This document shows positions 48,085 through 62,265 of a stretch of DNA of 64,000 bases, piece after piece (the stretch's first letter is position 1; each line of letters opens with the position of its first letter). Position numbers and translations under genes: made by a program. This DNA is from Haliotis cracherodii (taxonomy: Eukaryota), in assembly GCF_022045235.1 (NCBI RefSeq), contig NW_027266275.1, positions 70,804,001 to 70,868,000 of the forward strand. The letters are read 5' to 3'. The notes beneath the pieces were generated by a model. That model searched no databases and had not been told where the DNA came from. It was given only the letters and a program-made list of their open reading frames with translations.

Positions 48085-48235
48085 TTTGTGACGGGTGTCA
48101 CCGGTGGGACAAGATACGCTCACCTTGTAATATTACTTAAACATTTGACAGTGATTCATAAACACATGCTCTTGATATAGTCGGAATCGTACAATCGACT
48201 CTGCTTTTAATGAATAGGGTTGTGTCGCCTTTATT
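48085..48235 (+). mobile_element. Penelope-like 3' module, solo copy
   Basis: gtgacgggtgtcaccggtgggacaagatacgctcacc...gtgattcataaacacatgctc. Confidence 0.65.
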
Positions 48236-48329
48236 ACCATTACCTTATCAAAATGTAGTAAGGAACGAAGTATGCGTTTATTCGGAAGCAACTAAGAATG
48301 TTATTGAAGCTGTGCCTAGCATCAGGACG

Positions 48330-48910
48330 TCATCTCCACAACAGTGGAAATGTGTTATGAAGGATTCCAATCAAGCGGATTATGAACCAGATTGGTCCAG
48401 TCTAAGTCCATGGCTTCAAGGTCCATCTGAAATCCCTGAGAGTCAAGTCACCTTTGCGAAAAAGGGTAGTTCACTATTAAGATGAAACCAAGTGATTGAG
48501 GAAGAAAATATCCGCCGATCAAAGGATTTCTCAGCGCACAGTAAATGCACTCACCATCACGTCTCTTTCATCAGTACCTAGTATACTGACTCCATCCGCA
48601 CTGACAAAACTGATACTGTTGTGGAACTTGTGACAGACTATAGTGTGACAAACGTGTATAAATCACAATGGCGACATATACAGACACTGGATAGGCGAAT
48701 ATCTCAACCTTACAAGGTAGTCGCAGTTGGTTAAGTGATATTGTCATTTTGTAGGGAAAGAACACTGCCAGCATTGAATGGCCTATCGGTATAGTAGAAG
48801 AAGACTATCCCGAGTCCAAATGGCAAGATACGAAAGGCTGCCATCTGTCTTATTCGATCAGCAACGACTTAAAAGTATCCAATTTCCGAGATGGCTGTGC
48901 TGTTATTCAC
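48330..48910 (+). mobile_element. BEL/Pao retrotransposon remnant
   Basis: DSNQADY...SPWLQGPS and DIVIL*GKNTASIEWPIGIVEEDYP (integrase C-terminal region). Confidence 0.7.
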
Positions 48911-50269
48911 AGATAAGACAAGGCAGTAACTTTAGCCCGCCTGCCAATGATATTAATTTGAACAACATTATAGATCGAAACATGAAAGACGACGTAGATA
49001 ATCTTGAAAGGGAACATATCATTGAGGAAATTTAAAAAGCAGTTCTATCTATAGATTCATAGACAAACAAAATAAACCTATGAAAATACTAGACTATCAA
49101 CAACAATGAACAGAGGAATTATCACTTGTCTTTCCAAAACAAATAAAGACCAACAAGTATTGAGCAATTAGCGTCCAATTTCATTTTAAAACCTTCATAA
49201 GATAATAAATAAGCGCACTGCAATATAAAAACAACATTGAATACAGTTACATATGAAAATGAAATTTTATTCATGGAAGATGGTAGAATACTCTATGGTA
49301 CTAGATAAACAAACCAGACCTGCTTTTGTTACTTGGTCGTTAAAAAGCATTTGTCTCTGAACAATTGATTGAACAAATAATGGACAAAGGTATTAGATAT
49401 AATTTTTCTTTAAAATAACTCTTGATCTAAGTGAACAATTTGATGATATAAACAGAATACTAGCCTAATGGCATGGAAGAAATTTAACAAACTGAAAATA
49501 TATTGCAAGCATATATAATACAATCCACCGTTTTCACAAGAAATGGAATCAACCGACAACTCCCCCTGTCCACAACAGTTGAAGCGTTCATAAAATATGT
49601 TCTGTGTATAATTCTAAAAACAACCTGTTCAAATGTTGTATACACGTCTTCTATCATCAGTTTTATCATGTTGAACTCCTTGAAGGTAAAAGTATTTACC
49701 CACTGTAAACATTTTTTACCCTCTACTTTGAAATGGAATGAAAAGTATCAAAAATGATAAAAACAAATAATACATATGATCTCTCCAGGGTGGGATCGAA
49801 GTTTCCCTGTGACCTCCGATCAAGCCTAACAGGATCCTAATTGTTAAAACATGCAATGCTTAATTTTAATTCACGATAATACAAAGAATACAAATGGTAA
49901 GGTCATTCACACATAACACAGTAGTATACAGATGTATTTACAGTATGCCGCATTGATGTTTTACATTTGTATCAAAACATATGCTTGCAATTCGGGAAGC
50001 TTATGGCTGAGATAGAGGGTCAGTAACATTAGACCGGAAGTGTATTAAGAGCGTTATGCATACTGCATTATGTTTCCCAAACGGGAGTAATTAAACAGGG
50101 AGTGATAGCAGCACTGTAAAGTTAACAAATGTGTTTGATGTTAGGCCACTTTAGAGAAAAAAGAGACTTTAATTAAGTTTCAGGGAATTCAGGTAAAGTA
50201 GGGAATGGTTCTGATTCTGTTTTTGCCTGTAACCCAAACACCGTTGTTGCATCTCATGGTTACAGGTAT

Positions 50270-50590
50270 CGTCAAATGATTACAGTCACTTTTGTTGCTG
50301 AGCACTGGGAGGTCTACCCGAACAGAATGTTGCAATCAAATGAAAGGTACGTTTCCAATCTTCGGAGGTGCAGAAGCTAATGTCTGCACATATACATCCT
50401 CATACGCTTAAACATTTTCCTCTTTACCATCATAATAATCTAAAACCTGACGGGAACACCTGTCTTGGTCGTCTGAGTTCCATATTGTTCCATCCATTGT
50501 CTCATCTCATTATCTCTTGACTTCATCGTCTTTATCTGCTTACTAAATGCCCTAACAACATCTTCTACCCTGGACATGTTTATAAGATAT
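50270..50590 (-). pseudogene. Orphan paralog of the TRPM terminal exon and 3'UTR
   Basis: Exon start at 50569, then VEDVVRAFSKQIKTMKS...EMRQWMEQYG versus VEDLVGSLRKQIQNMKS...EMRQVLEQYG at 21373; nucleotide similarity extends through the 3'UTR (cf. 21020-21390); frameshift before LDYYDGKEENV*. Confidence 0.8.
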
Positions 50591-50629
50591 TGTGTATTAT
50601 AAATGTTATCAAACCAATATGTTTTTCAT

Positions 50630-51821
50630 AGGTTATGCCGTGTTTATTTTGATAATCATAAAAACTGAAATCCTTACTTTGCTGTGTGACGTTAGCTCCC
50701 AAGACACATGATGAAAACAAGGCATTCTTAGTTTCCTTAAAAGCGCCAAGTGTGTGGGGCATAATCTCAGTGACAATGTTGATTATGTTGATGGTTCTGT
50801 ACTGTTGGACGGTACAGAAATAAGTGTCAACCAAGCGAAGTGCCATATCAAATCGGCTCGGACTCAGTTTTTCAGGGAGAGGCTATCTGAACGACCGCTG
50901 TATCGAGTTGCAGTGTGTTGAGGATGTCAGCAACTCTGCAGAGTTCTTTGCTGAGATGAAGTCGGCTGGCCTGAAAAATGAAACAGAAGGCTTTCTGTTT
51001 GCTGCTCAGGACCAGTCACTTCCCACTCGAAGCCGTCAATGTGTGATTCTCGCATCAACATGTAAATATGAAATGTAGATTATGCAATGGATTTAATGAG
51101 ACTGTCCAACACTTTGTCAGTGGATGCCCAGCGAAATGATGGAGTGGCCCTATCCTTATATTACCGCCTTTGCCATGCTTGTTGTTTTGACACAGATACG
51201 ACCCATAGGGTCATGGAAAATGATAAATAAATACAATCTTTGGAATAGGCCCGTATACAGCCTCTGACATATCGAGGCTAGCAAACCTGATCTTGTCCTT
51301 TTTTATAAATCCAATGAAATCATTTATATCATTGAATTTTCTGTCCCTTTTGACAGTAATGTGATTGACAAGATTGAGGAAAAATATGGCAAATATGCAG
51401 ACCTCGCTTTCGAAATGTCCCTCTTGCATCCCAAGTTGTCCGACTCCCCGTTGTTTCGGTGCCTTAGGTTTGGTACATGTACCTCCCAATCTGTTGATTG
51501 ACATTGGAAGAGTACCCGTGTTTGCTACCTTCTGACAATATGGGTAATGCAGAAGGCTGCAGTGTTGGGGAGTCTTAACATTCTCCGAAAAGTTCTTGGT
51601 GAGTTTGACAAGGCAGAGCTTCCTGGGAGACGTCCAATTCGTTGCCTGGGCTGCGTGTAGAGGGGACAAGGGCCCTGTGCTACTGCTGATCCTAACCAGC
51701 CTGACTGTGCCGTGATCACCCAAACCCTTTGCCTCTTTGCTGCATTTTTAATTTTGTTCTGTAAAAAAAAAAAAAATAATAATAATAATAATAATAAAAA
51801 TAATAGTAATAATAATAATAA
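50630..51821 (+). mobile_element. R4/Dong-type non-LTR retrotransposon 3' part (RLE endonuclease) ending in A/(TAA)n
   Basis: LKNETEGFLFAAQDQSLPTR, CRLCNGFNETVQHFVSGCP, KPDL, IIEFSVPFD, KYADLAFE and MQKAAVLGSLNILRKVLG; followed by an (A)n(TAA)n tract at 51763-51821. Confidence 0.82.
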
Positions 51822-52799
51822 AGTAGTGTAGGCCATAGACCCATGCTACGCTGCAGATAAGAATTGTAATTTACAATATACCTGTATATATCTGTAAGTG
51901 TAAAAAAAACCCACATTATGAGACATATGTTTACACACCAAATGATGTTAGCGACTTCAAACTGTACAAAAATAGTATTCCTTCTCTCCTCTCCTCTAAC
52001 ATACAGTTTATATGCAAATAGTTCAAGTACCTTTCGTTTACTTTGAAGATGTAAGTTTATGAGGGTTTTATTACAATACATTTGGAAATATCTATTTACT
52101 TGGCACACAAAATGTCTGATTTTTCTCATTCACTAAATGTGTTGGTGGAAGTCACGATGACCACTATGCTTTTGCGCCAATAGCCATTTATACGGCATTT
52201 TGCTTCTCTGGTCTGTTTTGAGAAATCCTTTTGTTGTGTTCACAGTTTAAAAAATGATAAATTTGAAAATGCATATAGTCCCTCGACCCAAACTTTAATA
52301 TACTTATGACGTTTCGTTTTAATGAATTCATAAGATCACAGTTGTATTCACCTAGGTTATAGTTTATGTCACGTAATGCCTCAGTCTGTTTCGGCCTGGT
52401 GTGTAAGGGACTATGCCATCTATCTGCTGTGCTACTACTAACGCAAAGGGAGAATACGTAAACTGAGAAGCAAAAGAAACGACGCCTCTATGTTTGATTT
52501 TCAATTGGTCAGCACTTAAACAATACTTCTACATGGATTTATTTTTGAAATATGATTTGATTTAAAAGTTTATAAAGGACAATATATAACTGCAAATTTA
52601 AAACATTTCAAACATTGTCTTCATTAAACAATTGTACACAAAATTACCCAGCTACTTGTTACAAACTGTTGCAGGAATGAGTGATGGTTATTAAGACATT
52701 ATCAAATTTACAACTTTTTTCAATTTTCAATGAAAAGACTCGGTATACTTTCTTTAGCCCAATGTACAGCACCATGAACCCCATATGGCAAGGGCACAA

Positions 52800-53350
52800 T
52801 AACTCGCAATCAAATAAAAGCAACACAATCCCTTCCATAGCCATAAGAAATCTCTGTCAATTCTACGATTCCGAGAGTATCATGAGCATGTGTTGATAAA
52901 TCACTATCAAATAGTGATGATACCAGATGTTCGCGAAAAGGTGAGCGTATCCTGCCCCACCAGCTGCATCCAACACTGCAAAGGCAGTCAATTGTTCCCC
53001 TGAAATAAAAACCATTGGAACATATGGTGCAAGTCATAATAGGGAATTACATCGGACATCATTTTTGTCACAGATGCTTCAAATTTGGAAGTGTCCTTCA
53101 CATGTACATGTCTACCATAAACCGTTTCAAAGCTTTACTAAGTCCTTGAATGTTGTAACCTTGATCAGACACATTTTGAGCATGAGTTGTATGACGCTAT
53201 AAGAAGTCTTGGTAGAAAGAGCATGCTCAGTTGTACCTCAAACGTTGTGAAATGTAGACACTAAAGTCTCGAGCTGCCGGAATATTGCTTGACAAAGGAA
53301 ATGTTGGCCATTGGAAGGTTGCAGTCATCATCCTTGTCATACAACCAAGT
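52800..53350 (-). mobile_element. Penelope-like RT C-terminus plus 3' module
   Basis: Reverse complement encodes LYDKDDD and SNIPAARDFSVYISQRLRY, followed by the same 3' module as 37660. Confidence 0.75.
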
Positions 53351-53468
53351 GACAGAGCAGACCGAGTTAGTCGCCTCCTACGACAGGCAGCAGTGTCCTA
53401 AGACACATTGTACATTGTAAAGCATGTCTTATTCTGCCAGTATTAGAGATTCATTTTATGTTCAAACG

Positions 53469-53919
53469 TTAATATTGGTCAGCAAATAGTGAAGTTTGGG
53501 GCACATGATCGATGAATGGTGGAGCAGTGGCGTGCACAGATGGTTCCTGGTTCGAGGACGTATTATTGTGGTGATAGGGCACGGCGTATTGAGGTGTCTG
53601 GTCTGGGCGAGACACCAACACACTTGTCTGAGACCCAGCAGGTCTTAAATAGGTGAAGGGCGCTACCACGCTGTTCTCGTCCATTGCAGTACACTGGTGT
53701 ACTGCCGGAAAATTATCGGTTGAGTTATTTCTTCTTCTTCTCGTTCTTCTTGCTCTTCGACACTGCTTGTCATTCCGTAGTCCCGCCAACATAAACATCC
53801 CTCCGTAGATAGCCATAGCACTTCCAGCACAGCCTACACCCACGCCCCAGTACAGGAACTTGATTTCTTGACAGAAGATGTATACAATACATGCTGCTGC
53901 TCCGAACAATCCTGAAATA

Positions 53920-53950
<31 letters not shown>

Positions 53951-56900
53951 TAATAATAATGTGCATACTTATAACGCGCCAAATCTACACAATAATGCAT
54001 ACTCAAAAAGCTATATTATTGCCCCCGTCAACAGATCGATTTTCATTCTCAGCTCGCTGTAGAGTATGCATCCTATGCTACCTGTGAGACGCTAGAAGGT
54101 TAATCATAGTATCACATTATCATCTCATCCTACCGGGTACCCATTCACTGCCATTCCCGATTCAGAGCCACTTGCCTATGGAGACAACATATATGCTACA
54201 TGTGGTTTGGTGTTGGGAAGGACCGAAGCTCTAGAAACTCTCAGGAGTCCAACATAAATATTGTTTACAAACAATCTAAGGGAACTCCTGGACGATCAAA
54301 AGTGAATGAGTGAGTGAATGTTGTTTTACAACGCATTCAGTATTATCCCAACTAAATGACGTCGCTTTGTACATAAACGCACGACGATTCGGGCAGGAAT
54401 TGGTCTTCAGCAATCCATGCTTGAGGCGTCTGACGGGATCGATGCATGTCATCGTATCCTGGTCTCACAGATTTATGCTCATGATATCAATCACTGGATT
54501 GTCTGGTCAAAGCGATTACTTACAGACAGCCGTCATATACCTCGAAATATTGCTGAGTGTGGCGTTAAACAAAAAAGAAGAAGTTTTCATTAGTTCACGG
54601 TGACGACAGTCATGTCTTGCAGGATAATACGTCCCAAGCCGAAGGGATATGATAACAACCAATTGTGAGTCACCGACCATCAATCCATTTAGCCGCCTCG
54701 TACGAAAAGCATAGGTTGCTGTGCAATGACACGCGTAGTGGCGTGATGACATCCTCAGTCTGATCATTACTGTAAACATCCGATCTATACTGGGCATCTC
54801 TCACAATAAACACGGGATAGTGGGCACGTGTTCTAATTCAGAGTTCTATGACGTGTATTATGGTCAGTAGATAGACACGGGCGCTGCAGTCGAATGCAGA
54901 CAGGGAACCTACAGGGTGAACGTCATGCGTTAGGTATGATCTTCCCCTCCATTTGACTCGGAAACCCGAGCCGATCAGCTTGTCTGTAAGACGGCCCGAG
55001 AACATACACACATTAATCCACAGTAACTCACATAATATAATTCAGTGCGGATCTCGGGACCAAGGTTCCCAGTGCCCCACGCTTGCCAGAAGACGTCTTA
55101 CAATGGCCATTAAAGCATATTCAGACGCTATCTTTTGCAAGTAAATGGTCAGTTTGAGGTGAACTCAAGTTGAATACCATTGTTTTGCACAGACCAACGG
55201 GCAAAATATTAGTATAAGACAATGTAGACGAACAATACAACGAAACTTAAACTAAATTTTGCAACGCTTACCTGAAATGAGTGGAAATATTGAAACAAGT
55301 TCGGTTTCATTCTTTAGGAATCGGGAGTAGCCGGTGAAGTTATATAATGGTATAAGAACCAGTGATATGACAGCCAACAGGAGAGCCGCGCTGGCCAGAG
55401 ATCGCGCCGAGTGAAACAAGACTGAAAGAATCAAGACTTGCATTTCATACATTTCACAGTATAAAAACCAATAGCTTCATTATTACAGTTTGCACAACTA
55501 TAAGATGTCATATTTTCGCACAAATATAATTTGTAAAGTTTTCGCGAACACCTGGTGTCTTCACTGATTTTCAGTGATCCATTCATATAAATTTTTACCG
55601 CTATTGTGTCACACCTAATGGAATATGTTTCTGCGGATAATCGAGACTGGTTATTCTCTGGCTTTGACGCTTTATATTTATTTACATTCAGCGAAAGAGG
55701 ACATTCGCAGAAAATCTCTACATTGCGACTTAAGACAGTTGAACATTTGGAGATGAAATATTATTTTTAGGTTCTTTCCAGAAAACAGTGAATAGTGGAA
55801 TTTGTAATTACACGTGAATATATTTTTGGCAGCTAATAATTATAAGATCTAGAGACTAGCTATTTATTTTGTATATCTGCACACTTTAGCCTGCAAATCC
55901 ACAAAACAGCAAATATTAATATATTTGCACGTTACTCCAGCAACCAAATAGTGTCTCCTCTTTCCTTCTTATGTAATTACATGCTGAATGTCTGACTCCG
56001 GACATCCAAGACAGTGACGGCACAAATGCTGTCGATCTACGTTGTAATGGATATTAAGTGCTGAAATCAAGCATGGATATTGAAAAGAATGTAACACTCT
56101 TTTAAGGATCAATAAGGAGTATTGCGTATTTCATAGTCAGCGACCACGTTGGATACATCACTCCCTATGGGCCCTATACGCTATGTTATCTTTTACAACT
56201 TCCTAGCGGTAGCACGTGCTAGGATCAGGCAGTGCACTATGTGGCTGTACTATTTATGACAAGACTTCGCTGTGTGACAGGCAATGTCCTGTTGTGTTGT
56301 TTTCATTCTGTGGGTCACACTGACCTCAATGGCAGTCCGTGTGTCTTGTAATCACGATGGTGGATCAAGCAAGAGCTCCCGCTTACCTTCTAACGTTGAA
56401 TGAACATAAAACTTGCTATTATGCCTGTGCATACATGTGTCCGATGTTTTTGTCATATTCTAAGTGACATTAGGTTAGGTAACGATGACAATATCACGGC
56501 ACATGTGGTCTTGGCTCGCCGACTGGGTATTTGGCACACTCATCGATTTGCACCGTCAAGGTAAACCATTATTCAATTACACAATCCACCTGATCTTCGT
56601 TTGAGAGAATTGCACGTCAAGCATCGTGTCTTGGCCATAGACTCGCGGGGAAGTATACTAGTATATTAACACAATTATTTAAATATAGAACATCAACGCC
56701 GGAGAAGGACCAGTCTTGATTATCTGCCGAAACAGATTCCATTGGGTGTAATAGGAAACATACTGTAACATTTTATGAAAGAATGACTGGCAATAAGTGA
56801 TGGCACCATGTGTTCCCGAAAAGAGTAAGCGTGTCCAGCCCTAAGTACGCTTGTCCACCGTTAACAAACAGGCACTATTTTCATGTACAACAGTACAGCG

Positions 56901-58699
56901 ACGTGTGTGTTTAAGCACTCATCTGATGATACACCTGATGGTACACAATGGTACGTAGAACAGTAATAACACCTGCATGGATATTGTCCTGATATAGCTA
57001 CCCAGTAACCGTAATGTAAGGTGAGGCGAAATGGTGTTTTACGTCGCGTCCAAGATTATTGCACGTATATAGCGACGTGCGTACACGTGTGTGTCTGCTT
57101 GTATTAGTCCGGACTGATGCCGTCTTATAGTGCTAGCCCACTGAGATACCACGCCGCAGTTTAACATGAATACCCCACTCAGACACAGTATACTGACTGC
57201 GAGCCGACCAGTCCTTGTTTTAGCCCCTAAACGCCGAGCGCCAGGCAGGGTAACAACAAGTACCATCTTTTAACGTCTTTTGGTATGACGCGGCCGGGGA
57301 TCGAACCCCGAACCATCTGCTCTCCGGGCGGACGCTCTACCACTTGACAACGGAGGTGTTCACGCTTTAATGGAATTTTATGTTTTGTGATGGTGGAAGG
57401 TGGTCTGGGATTTCTTTTGGTTGGTACCTCAGTGACTCAGTGTTTTCAAATACAAATCCTGTGGTGGGTAAAGCATCTAACCAACAAATACTAAATACAA
57501 CAAATATTAATATATTTGCACCTTACTCCAGCAACCAAAATATTTTCTTTCCGAGCTACATTCTATTCCCTTTACTTCGGACGCCCAAAGGGTGTCTGCA
57601 AAGAAGCTTTCGGCATAAGTTGTAATTGATGTAAACTGATTAAATAAAGCATGGTAATTATAGTTGTTTTCAAATCTGCAGATGGAATGTAGAGTGATAC
57701 ATTAGGAGATTGAAATAACTGACGGGGTTTTAACTGAAGAATGATTCATTTCATCAATATAATAATAACATATGTATTTTAAACACTTCAACACAATCCT
57801 ACACTCTCTCTATAATCGCAAAAGATAAAATTTATTTTCAAATAACTAAGAATTCTGAAATGTATGTATCCAGTATGCATATACATGCACGTACATGAAC
57901 ATGAGACACGCGCGCCGCGAGTCATCTGTACAATCAAGCTGTTATGTCTCTAATAAACTCATAAATTAATTCCCTTTACCACATCAGTTGTTATCGTTGT
58001 GTAAATTGATGTTCATGTGGTTACATATAACCCTGTCAGATTATCTCCCTTACCTAACAATTGCTACCTGAAATGGGCCGAGCAAAGAGAAATAACCGAT
58101 GACCTCGTCAAGACTGATCACTGAGACATCAGTAAGTAATATCTACATAATTTGAAATAATGTTTTTCATTTAACTCGATGTACTCCTATTTTTAATGGC
58201 TTAAACATATTTTAACGTTTTGATGAGTTCTTCATACTCTGAGAGATACAAAATATTGCATTGTACATACACCATGCAATGTTAGAAGAAACACGCATGG
58301 CTTCTCAGTTTGCCATGAATAAACAATTTGATTGAAAAAATCTGCGGTGGTGTTGTCAAAATAAACAACTGCATCAATACAAATGTTTGACTCCATGAGA
58401 GCACGTACACAAACCATGTAGTGTACATGTGTAGGTGTGATTCTCTTCAACCTGTACTCACCCGTCTGTTGTGTAACGTTAAACGGTCGGCAGCTGGACC
58501 ACCCTTCACACGAGTGGAGCCATAGGCCACCATTCACATACTCCCCTTGATCGTACTCTACAGTGTCTATATCGCCAGCAGGTACAAACACGTGGCTCCA
58601 GGTGGGGAGACTGAATGCGAGGATGTATCCGAGAAACCCAAGGCAGGTGCATACAACACCTAGACGGTATGTGCGACACTTTTCCCCCCAGTGCGGCAT
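53469..58699 (-). CDS. PMP22/EMP/claudin-superfamily four-TM protein (~276 aa; exons 58699-58462, 55421-55272, 53911-53469)
   Basis: TM1 followed by W...GGLWLHSCEGWSSC (W-GLW-C-C signature); TM2 preceded by HSARSL; TM3 and TM4 with YWG; Arg-rich then Pro-rich tail; phase-1 GT-AG introns; 831 nt. Confidence 0.85.
53916..53959. repeat. (TAA)n microsatellite immediately upstream of the last-exon acceptor
   Basis: ataataatgataatgataataataat... Confidence 0.9.
57019..57358 (-). mobile_element. SINE family B, full length
   Basis: Reverse-complement tRNA-like head, cggccgcgtcataccaaaagacg core and cctcacc-type tail. Confidence 0.88.
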
Positions 58700-59194
58700 C
58701 ACTGAAACTACCCCAATCTACATGGGAAATGGTCTATATATTCAGCTTCTTGAAATACGATCGTAAGTGTACAGGCTCGACAACAGCTGGTGTGTCTGTT
58801 TGCATGGATGTATTATATATGTATTGATATTTCTCTCCATACTGTAATAACACTAGCATGGTTGCTCCTGAGTGAGTTCAATTCACCGGCTTAGTTAACA
58901 CCCTAACATCAATGTATTCATGTGACAAAATTCTTCTTCTTTACTAGTTTCATAAATATATTTGATACGTATTCATCGCCAACTGCACATGTGTTGATAA
59001 CGTCAGTGGTATTTCATTGCTATTCATGTTCACATAAATGCAATAACGTTTGAAATAGTCTGATTGATTTATATGTTGTGAATAATGAATTCCGCTATTA
59101 ACATGACCATTGACACAATATTTACCCTAATTTAGACTCCACCTTACAGCTGTGTCCTTATTGAACTATAGTACGACGTTAAATGAGTCTATGT

Positions 59195-59269
59195 GTGAGA
59201 AATGGGGTTTAACGTCGCGCCCAAGATTATTGCACTTATATAGCGACGTGCATGCACGTGTGTATGTGT

Positions 59270-59329
<60 letters not shown>

Positions 59330-59535
59330 ACGAGTCCGGACTAATGCCGAGGTTATAGTGATAGCCCCCTGTGATACCATGCCGACGTTTAACAGTGCCA
59401 GTTCTTGTTTTAGCTCCTTAATGCCGAGCGCCAGACAGGGTAACAACAAGTACCATATTTTAACGTCTTTTGGTATGACGCGGCCGGGGATCGAACCCCG
59501 GGGGGGAACGCTCTACCACTAGGCCATGGAGGCGT
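59195..59535 (-). mobile_element. SINE family B with expanded (TG)n
   Basis: Homologous to 57019-57358. Confidence 0.85.
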
Positions 59536-59914
59536 TCCTGCCTTACAGCTGTGTCCATATTGAACTACGGTACAAGCCGTTACGTGAGTCAATGGATGAC
59601 TATCCCCGCTGTGACGTTATCGGTTACATGTGTCACTTCAAAACTGCTCCCCACTTTGGGGCAAACGGATATATTTCTTAACGTTCTTCTTTACTTACAA
59701 GCAGAAAATCTAAATACTCGTAGACGTAATTGACAATTAACATACCGTTTTTATTAGTTTCAACAATATCAGTAATGGAACTCTCGTGTCACTGGATTTT
59801 CTGGTTCATCAATCACTTGATTGTCTGGTTTGTTTACAGGCTGACGTCGCAAAGCAGGAGTACTGCTGTGCTGCGTCACGCAATAAATACTTACTTTTTT
59901 ATGCAAATTGTATG

Positions 59915-60090
59915 AATGGCGGGTGCTACCGGTAGAGCAGGACAGGCTTACCCTTTTCGCGAATACCTGGTATCATCACTAATTTTGAGTGGTCTATTTG
60001 TATTTCCAAAGCTATTTGCCCTTTACGCCAAGTGGAATCTGTTTCGGCAGAAAATATTGGCTGGTTATTCTCTTGCATTGACAATTTATA
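59915..60090 (+). mobile_element. Penelope-like 3' module variant
   Basis: ggcgggtgctaccggtagagcaggacaggcttacccttttcgcgaatacctggtatcatcact; related copy at 55540-55680. Confidence 0.6.
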
Positions 60091-61869
60091 TTCAGAAGTG
60101 GGGAGCCCTTTGGGATTCCGGGATAGACTTCCTCATGAAGACTCTGACCGAATAGATCGAGGCAACCAAATTGTTCGGGTAGTCAGGCTCGGTAACTTGT
60201 ATGCATTTTGTCATACCCCGTTGATCATGACATCAGGGAGTCTATATATCTATGTATTGTCTCCCTGATAATATCAATCACCGGTTTCTATGGACCAGGC
60301 CTGATTTACAGGCCGCCGTCATACAGCTGGAATATTCTGAAACACTTGCAGGGATACGGATTTTACTTGCTAAATGATCTTAAATATTACGAGACCGAAA
60401 ATTATTTGGACTCCGCAATTTAAAAAGAAGTATTTTCGATGAACTAGTTTTGGGTGACCCATCAGATGCATAGATGCATAACGATAACTGAAAAGGAGAT
60501 AAAGTCAATTGTGTTGTGCCAAGATGGTGTGTCACATCAATCACTATGACGTCACAGTAGGTGTGTGTGGCTGTACTGATGCGAAGAAGGCGTCATGTTA
60601 TTTGGTGTGGCTGTAGAACGGGAGAAAGTGTAGCGTGAATATACTACACGGAACATGGCATGGTAAAAGTGAATTGAACGAAGCTGTACAATTATATTTA
60701 CCACAAATGAGACATGGGGGGGGGGGGGGGGGTAGCAAAATAATAATATTTATTACGAGTCTTTCTGAATACAGTTGCACCATTTGCATGGGGTAGCTGT
60801 ATATCAAAAATGTAAATCGTATGACATGTCACCACTTTCTTGCACACAAAAAAGCATAAAAACTGCCAATAATAATGATAGATGCATATATTCAAATAAA
60901 ATGTATTTTCACATTGTTTTGCACTTGGCATATGGATATGACAATGTAAATGCAGGTAATTATTAAGGCTCCAGCACTTATCACTTCGGGGCGAAGAAGA
61001 ATAAACGTTGTTCATCATCAGCAATGGCTGCGACATAACTCCATGTTTGTCTCAAGGAATATCTTCCAATAAACGATGTTAGTTTTTTTCATATTTAGCA
61101 GACTTTCGTAGAGGACTTCTGACAAAGCAACAAAAACACCAGATAAATTCAAACGCCCTTGTATTTCAAATGCACGTCAGGTGATATAAATATCTAAGTA
61201 AATATAAAACATAGAACGTCTTCAGACATATCAACTATAGCGTCTCAACGGAACATCAAACGACTGTCAATCAGAAATGCTACTTTCATCCTAAGGATGC
61301 TAGGAATCTAAGGTTCTAAACTCAGTACTTGTCTGAAAATGCTAACATTCACCCTATGTTGTGAACAGACCATTGCAGAGAACAGTTCTGATGGCAAACG
61401 TTGTGTTTCATTCTATCCGCTCGACGCACACATTCAAAAATCGCTTTCAGTGTGAAATGTTTGCATATTGTGTCCTATTTATCCATAACATTAGCTCCTG
61501 ACGTACAAAACGTATATGTGCGTATGACGTACATGACGTCATGAAAAGACCTACCTGTACAATCGTCACTTTAATGGATTCTGTGAAAACCTAAGTTTCA
61601 CATCGACTTCCAAACCAAGATTTTGAAAGGTTCCTGCGATACGTATTACTACAGCGGTAACTCCGACGTTCAGAAGGAGGTAAGGTTCTTTTGAACTTAA
61701 AGTGACGACATAAACAATGATTGATACATATGGTATTATTGTAACAAAACAAATGAAGCAATATAGTTGCTTCAAGTTTTAATGCATTCTGAAAACAATT
61801 ATCAAAGTAGAAATGTACAAATATTACAAATGAATGCATTTACACGTATTTATAATGTGTTTATATGCT

Positions 61870-62265
61870 AACAGATTATTACGAATGTGTGCGTTATATG
61901 TGCATATCAACAAGTTTATGTTCCATCTAATATACTATTGAGTATGCCTGTGTGAAAGTAAGTAAAACAATGCTTGCGTTGTATGTGCATATCAACAAGT
62001 TTCTGTACCATCTAGTATACTATTGAGTATGCCTGTGTAAAAGTAAGTAAAACAATGCTTGCGTTGTATGTGCATATCAACAAGTTTCTGTACCATCTAG
62101 TATACTATTGAGTATGCCTGTGTAAAAGTAAGTAAAACAATGCTTGCGTTGTATGTGCATATCAACAAGTTTCTGTACCATCTAGAAAGCTATTGAGTAT
62201 GCCTGTGTAAAAATAAGTAAAACAATGCTTGCGTTGTGTATGCATATCTACAAGTTTCTGTGCCA
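61870..62265. repeat. 85-bp tandem repeat, ~4.5 copies
   Basis: attgagtatgcctgtg at 61937, 62022, 62107 and 62192. Confidence 0.92.

Noticed and set aside
51211-52129. Minus-strand ORFs of 103-170 aa
   Set aside because: Antisense to the LINE and the (TAA)n tract.
60960-61780. Possible second glycosyltransferase remnant (SLRQTW, hydrophobic ORF at 61566-61775)
   Set aside because: Only one weak motif and no other GT31 motifs in order.
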